A stretch of 64,000 nucleotides of DNA, taken from the NCBI GenBank assembly GCA_050015395.1, contig JBEKBM010000003.1:64001-128000 (forward strand), in the 5' to 3' direction. The notes below the pieces were generated by a model. That model searched no databases. It had not been told where the DNA came from and saw nothing but the letters and a program-made list of their open reading frames with translations. This DNA is from Candidatus Bathyarchaeia archaeon. GTDB taxonomy: Archaea > Thermoproteota > Bathyarchaeia > Bathyarchaeales > Bathycorpusculaceae. Positions 25,302 through 34,841 of the stretch are shown in pieces (position 1 is the stretch's first letter; each line of letters begins with the position of its first letter). The position numbers and the translations under genes were made by a program.

Positions 25302-26735
25302 ATGCCCGGAAGATTCCTTGGTCTCTTCAAACCAATAGGAAGAGTTTTACCCGAAATTAAAAAGCCTGAGCGAAAGGTAAGTTTTAACGAGAAAATCTTC
25401 TGGACTGGGCTTGTCTTAATTATTTATCTTGTTATGGCTCAAATCCCGCTTTACGGTGTTTCAGCATCAGCCCAAAGCTCGTTTAGTTCATTGAGAGTTA
25501 TTTTTGCTTCGAACAATGGAACATTGATGCAGTTGGGTATTGGGCCTATTGTTACGGCTGGTTTGATTTTGCAGTTGCTTGCTGGTTCCTCTATTATTGA
25601 GTGTGATATGTCGAATGCTGAGGATAGAGGATTATTCACTTCTGCAAGTAAAGTGTTCACTATCGTTCTCACTGGTATTCAGGCTGCCGCGTACCTTATA
25701 AGCGGCATGTTCGGTGTGATTTCTGGATCTGCAACGTTAGTTATTTTCTTGGAGCTTCTTAGCGCTGGCGTAATTGTTATGTTAATGGATGAGCTTGTTC
25801 AGAAGGGCTGGGGACTAGGCAGCGGAATTAGCTTGTTTATCATGGCTGGTGTTGCTCAGAGTGTTCTCTGGGATACATTTTCGCCTACTACTGGTCTGTT
25901 TGTGGGTTCTCTTTCAGCTTGGCTAAGCCACGGGCAGACGTTTTTGGCTTGGGCATTTGGGACTGCTTCTGGAGTTTATCCATCTTTGCTCGGGTTCTTT
26001 GCTACTATTGGCGTCTTCTTGGTGGTTATTTATTTGAATGGAATTAGAATTGAGCTTCCAATGAGTTATGCAGGATACAAAGGCTTCAGAAGCAAATATC
26101 CAATTAAACTACTGTACGTTTCTAACCTTCCAGTCATTTTTGCGTCAGCATTGTTCGCAAACGTTTACTTCTTCTCAGAATTGCTATGGAGTTCACAGGG
26201 TCGTCCTCGTCCCGAAACGAATCTTTTATTCCGGATAATAGGTGACTTTAACGTAACAACTTCAGGTACTGGTACTAGTGCTACTACTAGTATCCGACCT
26301 GTAGGCGGGCTTGCTTACTTTACGACTGCGCCAGCTAATATTCAACAAGTTGCGCTTGACCCGTTAAGGGCTGCTTTTTACTTGGGCATTCTTGTGGCTT
26401 TCTGCGCTGTTTTCTCGCTGATTTGGCTTGAGGTTGGTGGTTTAGGTCCCTCAAAAGTTGCCAAGCAGCTAATGGATTCAGGCATGCAGATTCCTGGTTA
26501 CCGCAGGTCAGGAAGACCCATAGAAACTGTCCTTAAACGTTATATACCTGTAGTCACGGTTCTCGGCGGAATCATCGTTGGGCTGGTAGCTGCGGTTGCA
26601 GATTTCTTTGGCACTTTCGGTACGGGCGTAGGCATATTGCTGTCGGTGGGTATTATTTACCAGTATTATGAGTTGTTAATGCAAGAAAGAGCTGCCGAGA
26701 TGTATCCTGCTTTCAGGAGAATCCTTGGAGAGTAG
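25302..26735 (+). CDS. secY: Preprotein translocase subunit SecY
   Basis: GTLMQLGIGPIVTAG, GWGLGSGISLFI, YPIKLLYVSNLP, GMQIPGYR. Confidence 0.98.
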   Translation: MPGRFLGLFKPIGRVLPEIKKPERKVSFNEKIFWTGLVLIIYLVMAQIPLYGVSASAQSSFSSLRVIFASNNGTLMQLGIGPIVTAGLILQLLAGSSIIECDMSNAEDRGLFTSASKVFTIVLTGIQAAAYLISGMFGVISGSATLVIFLELLSAGVIVMLMDELVQKGWGLGSGISLFIMAGVAQSVLWDTFSPTTGLFVGSLSAWLSHGQTFLAWAFGTASGVYPSLLGFFATIGVFLVVIYLNGIRIELPMSYAGYKGFRSKYPIKLLYVSNLPVIFASALFANVYFFSELLWSSQGRPRPETNLLFRIIGDFNVTTSGTGTSATTSIRPVGGLAYFTTAPANIQQVALDPLRAAFYLGILVAFCAVFSLIWLEVGGLGPSKVAKQLMDSGMQIPGYRRSGRPIETVLKRYIPVVTVLGGIIVGLVAAVADFFGTFGTGVGILLSVGIIYQYYELLMQERAAEMYPAFRRILGE

Positions 26736-26978
26736 GCTAAAGCAGGTTTGCTTTAAAAATCTCCTCTTTTTGAGTTAATTTGATTTTAGTCTAAATTCAA
26801 ATTTTTCTTTATTTTGCTTTATTAAAAAGAGGTTTTTTGATTTTTTGTTGCCGTCGGCATAATGCCTCATTAATAAATGATGTCTTTCTTGAAGAGGGGT
26901 ATGGATAATACACGTTAAACCGTTAAAGCTAAGGGACAGCAAGAAGAAGATTCAAGTTATTCTAATTTTTGCCTAATT

Positions 26979-27392
26979 TTATCCTTTTATGGTCCAGCCT
27001 TTTTTGTTCAAGATCTCCTGTACCGCTGGAAGATCGAGGGCGAATTTGGTGTGTTGGCAGTTGCTGGATTGGCAGTAATCGCACCAAACGTTGTCTGGCT
27101 TGAAGTAGACGTCTATTATTCTTCCTGTTGATGTTTTGCTGTGGAGGGTTCTGTCTAGAATTCTGACTCCTTCTTCATTTACGTTAAAGTGCTCTAGGGA
27201 TGGCAGTTTTGGCATGGGCTGTGCAGTGTTTAGTTCTTCAAACCTTTTTCTTATAGCTTCTTTTATGAATTCGGCTCGGCTTTTGTATCCTCTTATGCCG
27301 CGTTTTATGATTGAGTCAATTTCGTCCATTAACTCTTTTGGCAGTCGTACGGTTGTGTAGTCGTCTGAGTTGGTTTCTTCGTTTTGAGGCAT
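26979..27392 (-). CDS. RHH transcription regulator with a C-terminal Zn-binding (CxxC-x4-CxH) domain
   Basis: YTTVRLPKELMDEID...YKSRAEFIKEAIR; WCDYCQSSNCQH; ATG at 27392. Confidence 0.8.
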   Translation of the reverse strand: MPQNEETNSDDYTTVRLPKELMDEIDSIIKRGIRGYKSRAEFIKEAIRKRFEELNTAQPMPKLPSLEHFNVNEEGVRILDRTLHSKTSTGRIIDVYFKPDNVWCDYCQSSNCQHTKFALDLPAVQEILNKKGWTIKG

Positions 27393-27457
27393 GTGACATT
27401 CATGATTCAATGGTGACAACGTGAATTTAAGCGTATTGTTGTTTAACGGTGCAAAGT

Positions 27458-27536
27458 CATTGTCGAGCGATTGAGTGGTTGGTGTCGACAATGCCTAAAT
27501 ATTCGCTAAACTTGTATGTATCAAGCGTGATACAAG
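27458..27536. promoter_or_regulatory. Inverted-repeat operator candidates between the divergent RHH genes
   Basis: CATTGTCGA-N18-TCGACAATG (27458-27493) and TGTATCA-AGCG-TGATACA (27517-27534). Confidence 0.6.
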
Positions 27537-27537
27537 A

Positions 27538-27699
27538 ATGACAGAATATACCACAATAAGGCTTCCTAAAGGCCTCCTAAAACAGGTTGATGACGTAGTT
27601 AAGAATCAAGACTTGGGGTATTCATCAAGGGCAGAGCTTGTCAAAGACGCCGTCAGAACCTACCTAGCAGCATTAAAACAGCCTAAGAGCCCACAATAA
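27538..27699 (+). CDS. Small RHH regulator, 53 aa, paralog of 26979-27392
   Basis: Hand translation MTEYTTIRLPKGLLKQVDDVVKNQDLGYSSRAELVKDAVRTYLAALKQPKSPQ; below the ORF-track cutoff. Confidence 0.85.
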   Translation: MTEYTTIRLPKGLLKQVDDVVKNQDLGYSSRAELVKDAVRTYLAALKQPKSPQ

Positions 27700-27765
27700 A
27701 GCCCCATACATCCTATGTGTTGCTTGTTCATTTTCGCCGCCTCAGAGTGGCGTTGAGCTGATATT

Positions 27766-28002
27766 ATGCATAAAAGAAATTCTCAAAAATTGCAAGAACG
27801 AAAAATCCGCGGTATCATCCTGTGCGGCAGCTTCAACGACAGAAACGTTGGTGAAGCCGTCTCCAAAATGACGCGTGTGGACGTGATGGCGCAGTTGAAT
27901 GAGCCAGTCGAAGTTCACCTTATCCCCGACATTGAGAAAGGCGAAGTCCTGATTGATTCGCGTGGGCAAGGGAGTTTGCAGCGGGGTGGCGAATTTTGTT
28001 AG
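27766..28002 (+). CDS. Hypothetical proviral protein
   Basis: 78-aa ORF co-oriented with the terminase genes. Confidence 0.55.
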   Translation: MHKRNSQKLQERKIRGIILCGSFNDRNVGEAVSKMTRVDVMAQLNEPVEVHLIPDIEKGEVLIDSRGQGSLQRGGEFC

Positions 28003-28048
28003 CTTTTTGTGGTTGGTTTTTTGCACAAATAGTAGGGTATCCCTGTAG

Positions 28049-28450
28049 GTGAGACAGTTGCCTCGTAGGTTAAGTCTTGAGAGACGAGTTAACGCTCGGC
28101 TTAACAAAATGCGCCGCATCCTACATGTTGACACTCAACACACCCGCAAGAAGCTTCTGCTGCAGTTAGAAGACCTGTTTGAAATCTCAAGCAACTATGC
28201 ACGCGGAAAAGTCCAGCGGGTAGTTGACGAAGCAGGAAAAGAGCGCCCCCTAACAATTGCCGAACGCCAGTTTTACGCGCGAATCGCAGCCTACATAGCC
28301 CAGATCATCAATAATCTCGCAAAAGGAATCGACGAACGCCAAATTGACAGAGACCTAGACAAGCTGGAGGCGATGCTGAATAAAACAGCGGCAGCGGTCA
28401 CGGCTATGGCGGATGATAGAGGGTCACCAGGAAAGTCAGAAGGCACCTGA
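28049..28450 (+). CDS. Putative terminase small subunit (assigned by position)
   Basis: Helical 133-aa ORF overlapping the terL start. Confidence 0.5.
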   Translation: MRQLPRRLSLERRVNARLNKMRRILHVDTQHTRKKLLLQLEDLFEISSNYARGKVQRVVDEAGKERPLTIAERQFYARIAAYIAQIINNLAKGIDERQIDRDLDKLEAMLNKTAAAVTAMADDRGSPGKSEGT

Positions 28451-29777
28451 AACAGCTCCCGTGAGCATTACTGTGCCTGAGGATCCTGTTGTTTTCGCGC
28501 GAGAATTTTTTGGATTTCAGGTCAAAGAGTACCAGGCTAGCCTTCTCCGGGACAAGAGCAAACGCGTTGTGGTACGGTGGAGCAGGCAAGCGGGCAAAAC
28601 TACCTGCATTGCTTTGCGGGCGATTTGGTTCGCATGCGCCTACCCGAAAACGTTGACCTTGATTGTGGCTCCTACCCTTCGCCAAAGCATGATCATGTCT
28701 GACCGTATTGGGGATTTTCTAGGTGAGCTTCCCAAAGAGAAGAGATCGGCGCTTGTTGAGAAGTTGCAGCGCACAACCGTCCGCTTCAAAAATGGTAGCC
28801 GAATCATCGCCCTACCCAACAGCCCCCAACTGCTAAGAGGGTATGCAGCTAGCCAAGTCATTACCGATGAAAGTGCATTCTTCAAGGATGACAAGCTTGT
28901 CTTCTACAATGTCCTCTATCCCATGCTTAGCACCACTGACGGAGCCTTGATTGCTTCAAGCACGCCCTGGAGCAAGGACAGCGTCTTCTACCGAATGTGC
29001 CAAGCGCCCGAATTCAGCAAACACACCGTAACCTGCGAAGACGTCGTAAAAAGCGGCCTCACCAAACAAAGCTTCATCGACGAGATGCGGAGTCAACTTC
29101 CGTTTGAGCGCTTTCAACGGGAGTTCATGGCTGAATTCGTGGAAGACGTTGACGCCTGGTTAACTCAGAGCCTCATCGTCAGCTGCATCGACAGCCAACT
29201 GGCACCTTACGATTTTCAAGCTCAGCCTCAGGGCGAATTCTATGCGGGCGTTGACTTTGGAAAAGAACAAGACTTCAGCGTTGTCCTATTGGTCGAGAAG
29301 CAAGGCTCCGTGTTGCGGGTAGTTCATGTCCACCGTTTTCCATTGCATACTGAGTACGCCAGCGTTATCGGGTACATCAAAAGCCTGCAAGACCGTTGGA
29401 GAACAATCAGAGCAGTGTACGGTGACATTACTGGAGTTGGCAACTATATTGTTGAAGATATGGTTCATAGCGGAATCCAAGGCGTAACTGGAGTAGCCTT
29501 CACAGTTCAATCAAAAGAAGAAATGGCTACAATTCTGCGCGAAAAAATGCGAAATACTGAAATCAAAATTCCCTACGTTCCCGCTAGGAAGCTTGAAGAT
29601 ATCGATTTAACGGCTGAATTGAACATTGAAAAATATGAACTTATGAAAACCGGATACTTACGCTTTAGTCACCCAGAAGGCGGACACGACGATGTTTTCT
29701 GGAGCTGCGCTTTAGCTTGTTATGCGGCTCTGCAAGCGCCACTGCCTGGTAAGGGCGCCGTTATGCTACCACACTAG
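28413..29777 (+). CDS. terL: Terminase large subunit
   Basis: Walker A SRQAGKTT, APTLRQS, Walker B VITDESAF, SSTP, nuclease GVDFG...HDDVFWS. Confidence 0.93.
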   Translation: MIEGHQESQKAPETAPVSITVPEDPVVFAREFFGFQVKEYQASLLRDKSKRVVVRWSRQAGKTTCIALRAIWFACAYPKTLTLIVAPTLRQSMIMSDRIGDFLGELPKEKRSALVEKLQRTTVRFKNGSRIIALPNSPQLLRGYAASQVITDESAFFKDDKLVFYNVLYPMLSTTDGALIASSTPWSKDSVFYRMCQAPEFSKHTVTCEDVVKSGLTKQSFIDEMRSQLPFERFQREFMAEFVEDVDAWLTQSLIVSCIDSQLAPYDFQAQPQGEFYAGVDFGKEQDFSVVLLVEKQGSVLRVVHVHRFPLHTEYASVIGYIKSLQDRWRTIRAVYGDITGVGNYIVEDMVHSGIQGVTGVAFTVQSKEEMATILREKMRNTEIKIPYVPARKLEDIDLTAELNIEKYELMKTGYLRFSHPEGGHDDVFWSCALACYAALQAPLPGKGAVMLPH

Positions 29778-29925
29778 GAGTTGGATTGGTTGATTAATCA
29801 AACATTGGGCAAACTCTTGTCTCTATTCATATTTGGAATTAATAATCGTTAAATCCTTTGCCCCCGAAAGTAGCAAGTATTTTATAGTTAAAAGAAGAAT
29901 CAATAAAGGCAAATCGGGGACTAAG

Positions 29926-31071
29926 ATGAGAAAAGATATAATTAAGCAAATTCAAGACTTCCGAGGTTCCAAGGTTATTGTGTATTTTACCGGTGATAGG
30001 CAATTAGCTAATGCCCGTATAGCGGAAGACGCAGTGAGACCATTATACGACCATTTGTTGTCAATAGGGAAGACACCGAAAATTGATTTATATCTTTACA
30101 GTCGAGGGGGCAACGTAAGTGTTCCTTGGCGGATTGTTACCATGTTCAGGGAATTCTGTGATGAGTTATCTGTCATCGTTCCCTACAAGGCTTACAGTGC
30201 TACGACATTAATCTCCCTTGGTGCTGATTCGATCATCATGGGCAAGAAGGCTGAATTGGGTCCCATTGACCCCACGCTTGAGAAATCTTTCTCAGCTGAA
30301 AATGCAGGTCCTCCGGAACAAATCAGTGTAGAAGATGTCAACTCCTTCTTGTCATTTGTAAAAGAAAGAGGTCACATCACTGACCAAGCCGCTTTAGCAC
30401 AAGTCATGTGCTTATTAGCCAATCAGTTAACACCTTTAACGTTGGGAAGTGTAAACCGCACAAATTCACATATTCGCCTTGTCGCAAGAAAGTTGCTAAC
30501 GGCTAGGAAAGAAAAGTTTGAAGAGTCAAAAATAAACTCAATAATCGAAACATTAACAGAAAAAATGTATTCTCACGGTCACGGCATTGGACGAAAAGAA
30601 GCTTTAGAAATTGGTCTGCCCATAAAGATGCCAGAAGAAAACTTAGAAACGGTTATATGGCAGCTTTACCTAGAATATGAACAGTTGCTTAAGCTCAATG
30701 AGCACATCGACCCAATCTTTTCATTACTTGGACAAGAGCAAGTTCACTATGCTGATGTTCCTATCGGTATTATCGAAAGCGAGAACTTACTACATGCTAT
30801 TAAGATACAAATTGATATGAAGAAGAGAAGACAGATACCACCAAGCCCTCAAATAAACTTGAACGTTAATCTGTCGCTGCCACCAGGCATAAGACCTGAA
30901 GAAATTCCCCAACAAGCTCAACAGATTCTTCAACAAATGTTACAGCAAGTTACACAAAGCCTACCGCCTCTTGTGCAAGGGGAAATTATAAGACAATCTC
31001 CAGAAACGGGCATCGAATCGAGAGCTTATGGAGCGCGATGGTTAAAGTATAATAATGAGGATTTAACATGA
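29926..31071 (+). CDS. SDH-type (ClpP/S49-like) serine protease
   Basis: LYLYSRGG, VIVPYKAYSATTLISLGADSIIMGKKAELGPIDP, YSHGHGI. Confidence 0.85.
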   Translation: MRKDIIKQIQDFRGSKVIVYFTGDRQLANARIAEDAVRPLYDHLLSIGKTPKIDLYLYSRGGNVSVPWRIVTMFREFCDELSVIVPYKAYSATTLISLGADSIIMGKKAELGPIDPTLEKSFSAENAGPPEQISVEDVNSFLSFVKERGHITDQAALAQVMCLLANQLTPLTLGSVNRTNSHIRLVARKLLTARKEKFEESKINSIIETLTEKMYSHGHGIGRKEALEIGLPIKMPEENLETVIWQLYLEYEQLLKLNEHIDPIFSLLGQEQVHYADVPIGIIESENLLHAIKIQIDMKKRRQIPPSPQINLNVNLSLPPGIRPEEIPQQAQQILQQMLQQVTQSLPPLVQGEIIRQSPETGIESRAYGARWLKYNNEDLT

Positions 31072-31274
31072 ATAAGAAGGGGATAAAAATGGAAACCAAC
31101 CTAAATATTCTACCCTTTGGTCAAATGGTGATTACAATTAAAAGCAGCAAAATTGTTGCCGGGAAAAGAGACCAGAACGTAGTCTATTCAGAGCCCCGAA
31201 CAACTGAACAAAGCGTTGTAGAGGTTGAGTTAGAGGGCAATTACTCAGCCCCAGAGACAACTGTAGGTTCTTAG
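31068..31274 (+). CDS. Small hypothetical protein coupled to the SDH protease
   Basis: ATGA overlap with the upstream stop. Confidence 0.5.
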   Translation: MNKKGIKMETNLNILPFGQMVITIKSSKIVAGKRDQNVVYSEPRTTEQSVVEVELEGNYSAPETTVGS

Positions 31275-31430
31275 CTTCATTTCTTATTTATCATCACTTC
31301 CAATGGGTCATTGCAGTAAAATATAGCGGTTATGTTACTTAGGTATTTTATACATCATGATCGCTTTTTTCTAACAAACGTGAATTATTACTAGCTTGCT
31401 GACCCTGACGCATTAGCACGCAAAAACTTA

Positions 31431-31619
31431 ATGGAAAAATTAATGGAACACAAATCAGAAACTAAACGCGACAGCAAGAATCTATGGCTACTTAAAACTT
31501 TAGATTGGAAAATTTTACGCTTTTCTGGGTCTGAAACAAACGAAAACGCGGCTAAATGTTCAAACATAGTTGAGTGTGAACTGCTCTTAATAATAGTAAC
31601 AAGGTGTAAACGAACATGA
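31431..31619 (+). pseudogene. Remnant of a DUF559/Vsr-like endonuclease C-terminus
   Basis: RD...LKTLDWKILRFSGSE resembles GWxVLRF; N-terminal part absent. Confidence 0.5.
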
Positions 31620-32947
31620 GTTTTGTTGCCGAAAAAATCAGCGAAAGCTTCCAGAAACTGCAGGCAAGATTAGGCTTTAAGGCTCAGCGGCAGGTGCCGC
31701 CTGACGTTAGCCGTCGTCAGATTGAAGAGGAGGTGCCTCTTAGCTGGAAGAAGGATGAGATGCTCTATGGTTACGTTTCCCGTTATATGCTCAAAGGTTC
31801 AGGCGCAGGCTTCGTTACTCCGCCATACACTGCCTACTGGGACCGCATTTGGGGCGCAACGCCAATAGAGGACTTGCCAAAGTACAAGGACCTATACACG
31901 TTTACTTCGTACATCAAGGCAGCAATCGATGTCACCGTTAATCTCGCCATCAGCAACGGTTTTGAGTTAAACGGCGGAGACGACGGAGTTCGCCAGTGGC
32001 TAACAGATTGGCTTGATGAACAGAACATTCTGCATACGTTGCGCATTGTTGCATCGGATATGCTTGTGTTTGGGAACGCTTTCATAGAAATTTGCCGGGA
32101 CGAAACCAGTGGTAAGGTTACGTGGCTTAAGCCTCTTGACCCCGTTCATATGCGTGTGCGCCGTAATGAGTACGGTGACATTTTTGGGTATATTCAACTG
32201 TTGACTTTTCCGCCTGTTGTTTTTGAGGCTCAGGATATGGTTCATTTCCGTTGGGGCGCTAAAAGCTGGTGGTATGAGAGTAGCTATGGCACGAGTTTGC
32301 TTAGGCCTCTGCTTAAGGTCCAAGCGTTGCTTGATCAGTTGGAAGATGATCTTGCCGTCATAGTGTATAGTTATCCTCCGCCAAGCTGCTACGGAAGACG
32401 CCTTGTGCTTCCACGCATTACAATCCAAGAAATGAACAAACAACTAAGCATAATCAGCCGAGTGGTTATCCATCCAAAATACCGAACAATAGGCTTAGGC
32501 GCCAAACTAATCCGTGAAACCCTTCCTCTAGTAGGCACGCCCTATGTTGAGATGATTGCAGTCATGGCGAAGTATAACCCGTTTGCAGAAAAGGCAGGTA
32601 TGCAAAAAATAGCTGAACAAAAATCAATAGAAAGCGTTTCAGAGGTTTCTAAGGCACTCTCAGAGTTGGGTTTTGACTTGCAACTCTTAGGCAGTGAACG
32701 TTATGTCAAAGAAAAACTCCAAAGTCTAAGCCCTGCACAATTGGACAAGCTTAAAGAATCGTTAATTAAGAATAAGCATCCGCGGTTCAAAAAGGAGTTT
32801 GCAGTTAGTCGGCATCAGCCTTATGGAAAAACATCGGACTATATTCAAAGCATTCAGAACGCTGAAATGCCGAAAATTGCAAAACTCATTAAGCTCGTCG
32901 GGATACTTTCGCAAACGAAAGTTTACTTGTTTTGGAAAGGACAATAA
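31616..32947 (+). CDS. Chimeric ORF: phage portal N-terminal half fused to a GNAT-like acetyltransferase C-terminal half
   Basis: Portal: DMLVFGNAFIEI, LKPLDP, DMVHFR, YGTSLL. GNAT: ISRVVIHPKYRTIGLGAKLI, MAKYNPFAEKAGM. Confidence 0.8.
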   Translation: MSFVAEKISESFQKLQARLGFKAQRQVPPDVSRRQIEEEVPLSWKKDEMLYGYVSRYMLKGSGAGFVTPPYTAYWDRIWGATPIEDLPKYKDLYTFTSYIKAAIDVTVNLAISNGFELNGGDDGVRQWLTDWLDEQNILHTLRIVASDMLVFGNAFIEICRDETSGKVTWLKPLDPVHMRVRRNEYGDIFGYIQLLTFPPVVFEAQDMVHFRWGAKSWWYESSYGTSLLRPLLKVQALLDQLEDDLAVIVYSYPPPSCYGRRLVLPRITIQEMNKQLSIISRVVIHPKYRTIGLGAKLIRETLPLVGTPYVEMIAVMAKYNPFAEKAGMQKIAEQKSIESVSEVSKALSELGFDLQLLGSERYVKEKLQSLSPAQLDKLKESLIKNKHPRFKKEFAVSRHQPYGKTSDYIQSIQNAEMPKIAKLIKLVGILSQTKVYLFWKGQ

Positions 32948-33163
32948 CAAGATATGAAAAAAAGTCGTTATTAAAACCTGTTTCTAATCAATTTTAGTTA
33001 GCATGGTATAGTGTAAATAAGCAGGGTATTGGAAAAAAGTTTGTTTTCTTAAACAATTTGCGCTAAAAAGCAAAAACGGTTATTAACAAGGAAACAAGAT
33101 ACGCATTACAGTTCCAAGAGGAAACTGCGGTGATTGTTAAGAGTAATAGAAGGAGAATGACAT

Positions 33164-34096
33164 ATGAAAGTACTCAATAAAATAGTTATTATCCTTCTGT
33201 TTACGTTGGTAACATTTTCAGCTCTAAGCGTATTTACTGGATCAGTAAACGCTGCTGGAAACCTTAGCTGTCAGGCATCCATTTCAGGCAGGACTTCTGG
33301 CGTTGCACAAGCTACATCATATACATTCACTATAAATAACGTGGGTGAAGCCAATCTTGGAGGTGCAATCGTTACAATACCTTCAGGATACAGTAATGTT
33401 GGAAATATAGTTATAAGTCAAGAACCAACCTCACAAAATTGGACAATAACCAAAGAAAATAGTGATATTCTTCTCTATGGCTCTGCTGAAGGACTAAGCT
33501 CGGGGCAGAGCATCACATTCACTTTTGACGCAACAAATCCTAAACCCTCAGGAAATTACAAATGGATAATCGGCGCTAATGAAAACACGAGTGCAAACGC
33601 CCTTAATGCTCCAGAATTTACGTTAGATATTAGTAATCCGATTATAATCAATTCAATTTTTGCAGCAACTTTAATCTTTTTCATCGCAACTGTTATTGCG
33701 TTCATAAACACGGGATTAAACAGGGTTCTAATCAACTATTTCATAGGGTGGGAACAATACCGAGTCATGCAGAAAGAAATGAACGAATACCGGTCAGAAA
33801 CCATGGCTGCCATGCGAGCTAACGACAAAAAACAAGTTGAAAAACTCAAAAAAAGAGAATCGCAAATAAAAAACATGCAGGCAAAAATGATGAAGCCACA
33901 GATGGTCCAGTTCGGATTCTCTTTTGTTTACATTATTATTTGGTTTCTCGTGTTAACACCCACCTTTGGAGGCACCTCTATGGCTTACTTGCCAGGTTTC
34001 GGCGGTATCCCAGTCCTCTACTGGTACCCCATCGGCTCATTCTTCTTAGGTCTACTTGCATCACGATTAATAGGCATAATGCCGATTGAAACTTGA
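33164..34096 (+). CDS. DUF106/EMC3-TMCO1 (Oxa1 superfamily) insertase with an extra N-terminal secreted beta-rich domain
   Basis: TM, coiled coil (QKEMNEY...QAKMMKPQM), TMs, YWY; conserved position before cmk. Confidence 0.85.
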   Translation: MKVLNKIVIILLFTLVTFSALSVFTGSVNAAGNLSCQASISGRTSGVAQATSYTFTINNVGEANLGGAIVTIPSGYSNVGNIVISQEPTSQNWTITKENSDILLYGSAEGLSSGQSITFTFDATNPKPSGNYKWIIGANENTSANALNAPEFTLDISNPIIINSIFAATLIFFIATVIAFINTGLNRVLINYFIGWEQYRVMQKEMNEYRSETMAAMRANDKKQVEKLKKRESQIKNMQAKMMKPQMVQFGFSFVYIIIWFLVLTPTFGGTSMAYLPGFGGIPVLYWYPIGSFFLGLLASRLIGIMPIET

Positions 34097-34119
34097 CGCA
34101 GAAAACATGGTGGCGCTAA

Positions 34120-34734
34120 ATGGCTAAAAACGCAAAATTATGCTTTGCTGACAAAAAAACAGTAATCTGCATCTCAGGAATGGCTGGAACAGGAAAAAGC
34201 ACTCTATCAAAAAAGCTTGCGGAAAAATACAATCTAAAATGTTATTCAGGTGGCGACGCGCTTAAAGAACTGGCAAAAGCAGAAGGCTATGACGTGTCAC
34301 GTCAAGGCTGGTGGGAGAGCCCTGAAGGCTTAAATTTTCTTAAGGAAAGAGCAAATGACCCTAAATTTGACAAGGCAGTAGATGCTAAGCTGCTTAAATA
34401 TGCGCATCAAGGAAATGTTCTCCTAGATAGTTGGACCATGCCCTGGTTGCTTAAAGAGGGTTTTAAGATCTGGTTGATGGCTTCGATTGAGAAGAGAGCA
34501 GCAAGAGTTGCCGAACGCGATAAAATAACCGTTAATGAAGCATTCAAAGTATTGGAAGAAAAAGAAGCTAGAACAAAAGCAATTTACAAGAAGCTTTACG
34601 GTTTCGTTTTAGGCGAAGATTTTGCACCGTTTGACTTGGTTTTAGATACCGATAATTTGAATGCCGAAGAGGTTTTTGAAGTTCTCTGCAGAGTAATAGG
34701 CAACGTGGTTCTTTCTGTTCCTGAGTCTAACTGA
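34120..34734 (+). CDS. cmk: Cytidylate kinase, archaeal type
   Basis: ISGMAGTGKST, YSGGD, RAARVAERD, FDLVLDT. Confidence 0.9.
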   Translation: MAKNAKLCFADKKTVICISGMAGTGKSTLSKKLAEKYNLKCYSGGDALKELAKAEGYDVSRQGWWESPEGLNFLKERANDPKFDKAVDAKLLKYAHQGNVLLDSWTMPWLLKEGFKIWLMASIEKRAARVAERDKITVNEAFKVLEEKEARTKAIYKKLYGFVLGEDFAPFDLVLDTDNLNAEEVFEVLCRVIGNVVLSVPESN

Positions 34735-34841
34735 GTAAATAGAACTTTCTTCTATAACATAGTTACTGATTGCTTAAAGCCATCAATAACAAATTAGACC
34801 CCTCTTTACAAAGCGCCGTCTGAGAGAGGGGAAGGGAATAA

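Larger units (their letters stand above)
26979..32947. mobile_element. Defective head-tail (Caudoviricetes-type) provirus remnant between secY and DUF106
   Basis: Divergent RHH pair, terminase large subunit, truncated portal; no integrase, capsid or tail genes; exact ends not found. Confidence 0.8.

Noticed and set aside
26736-33163. att direct repeats or an integrase bounding the provirus
   Set aside because: No convincing repeat pair or tyrosine-recombinase motifs were found by eye.
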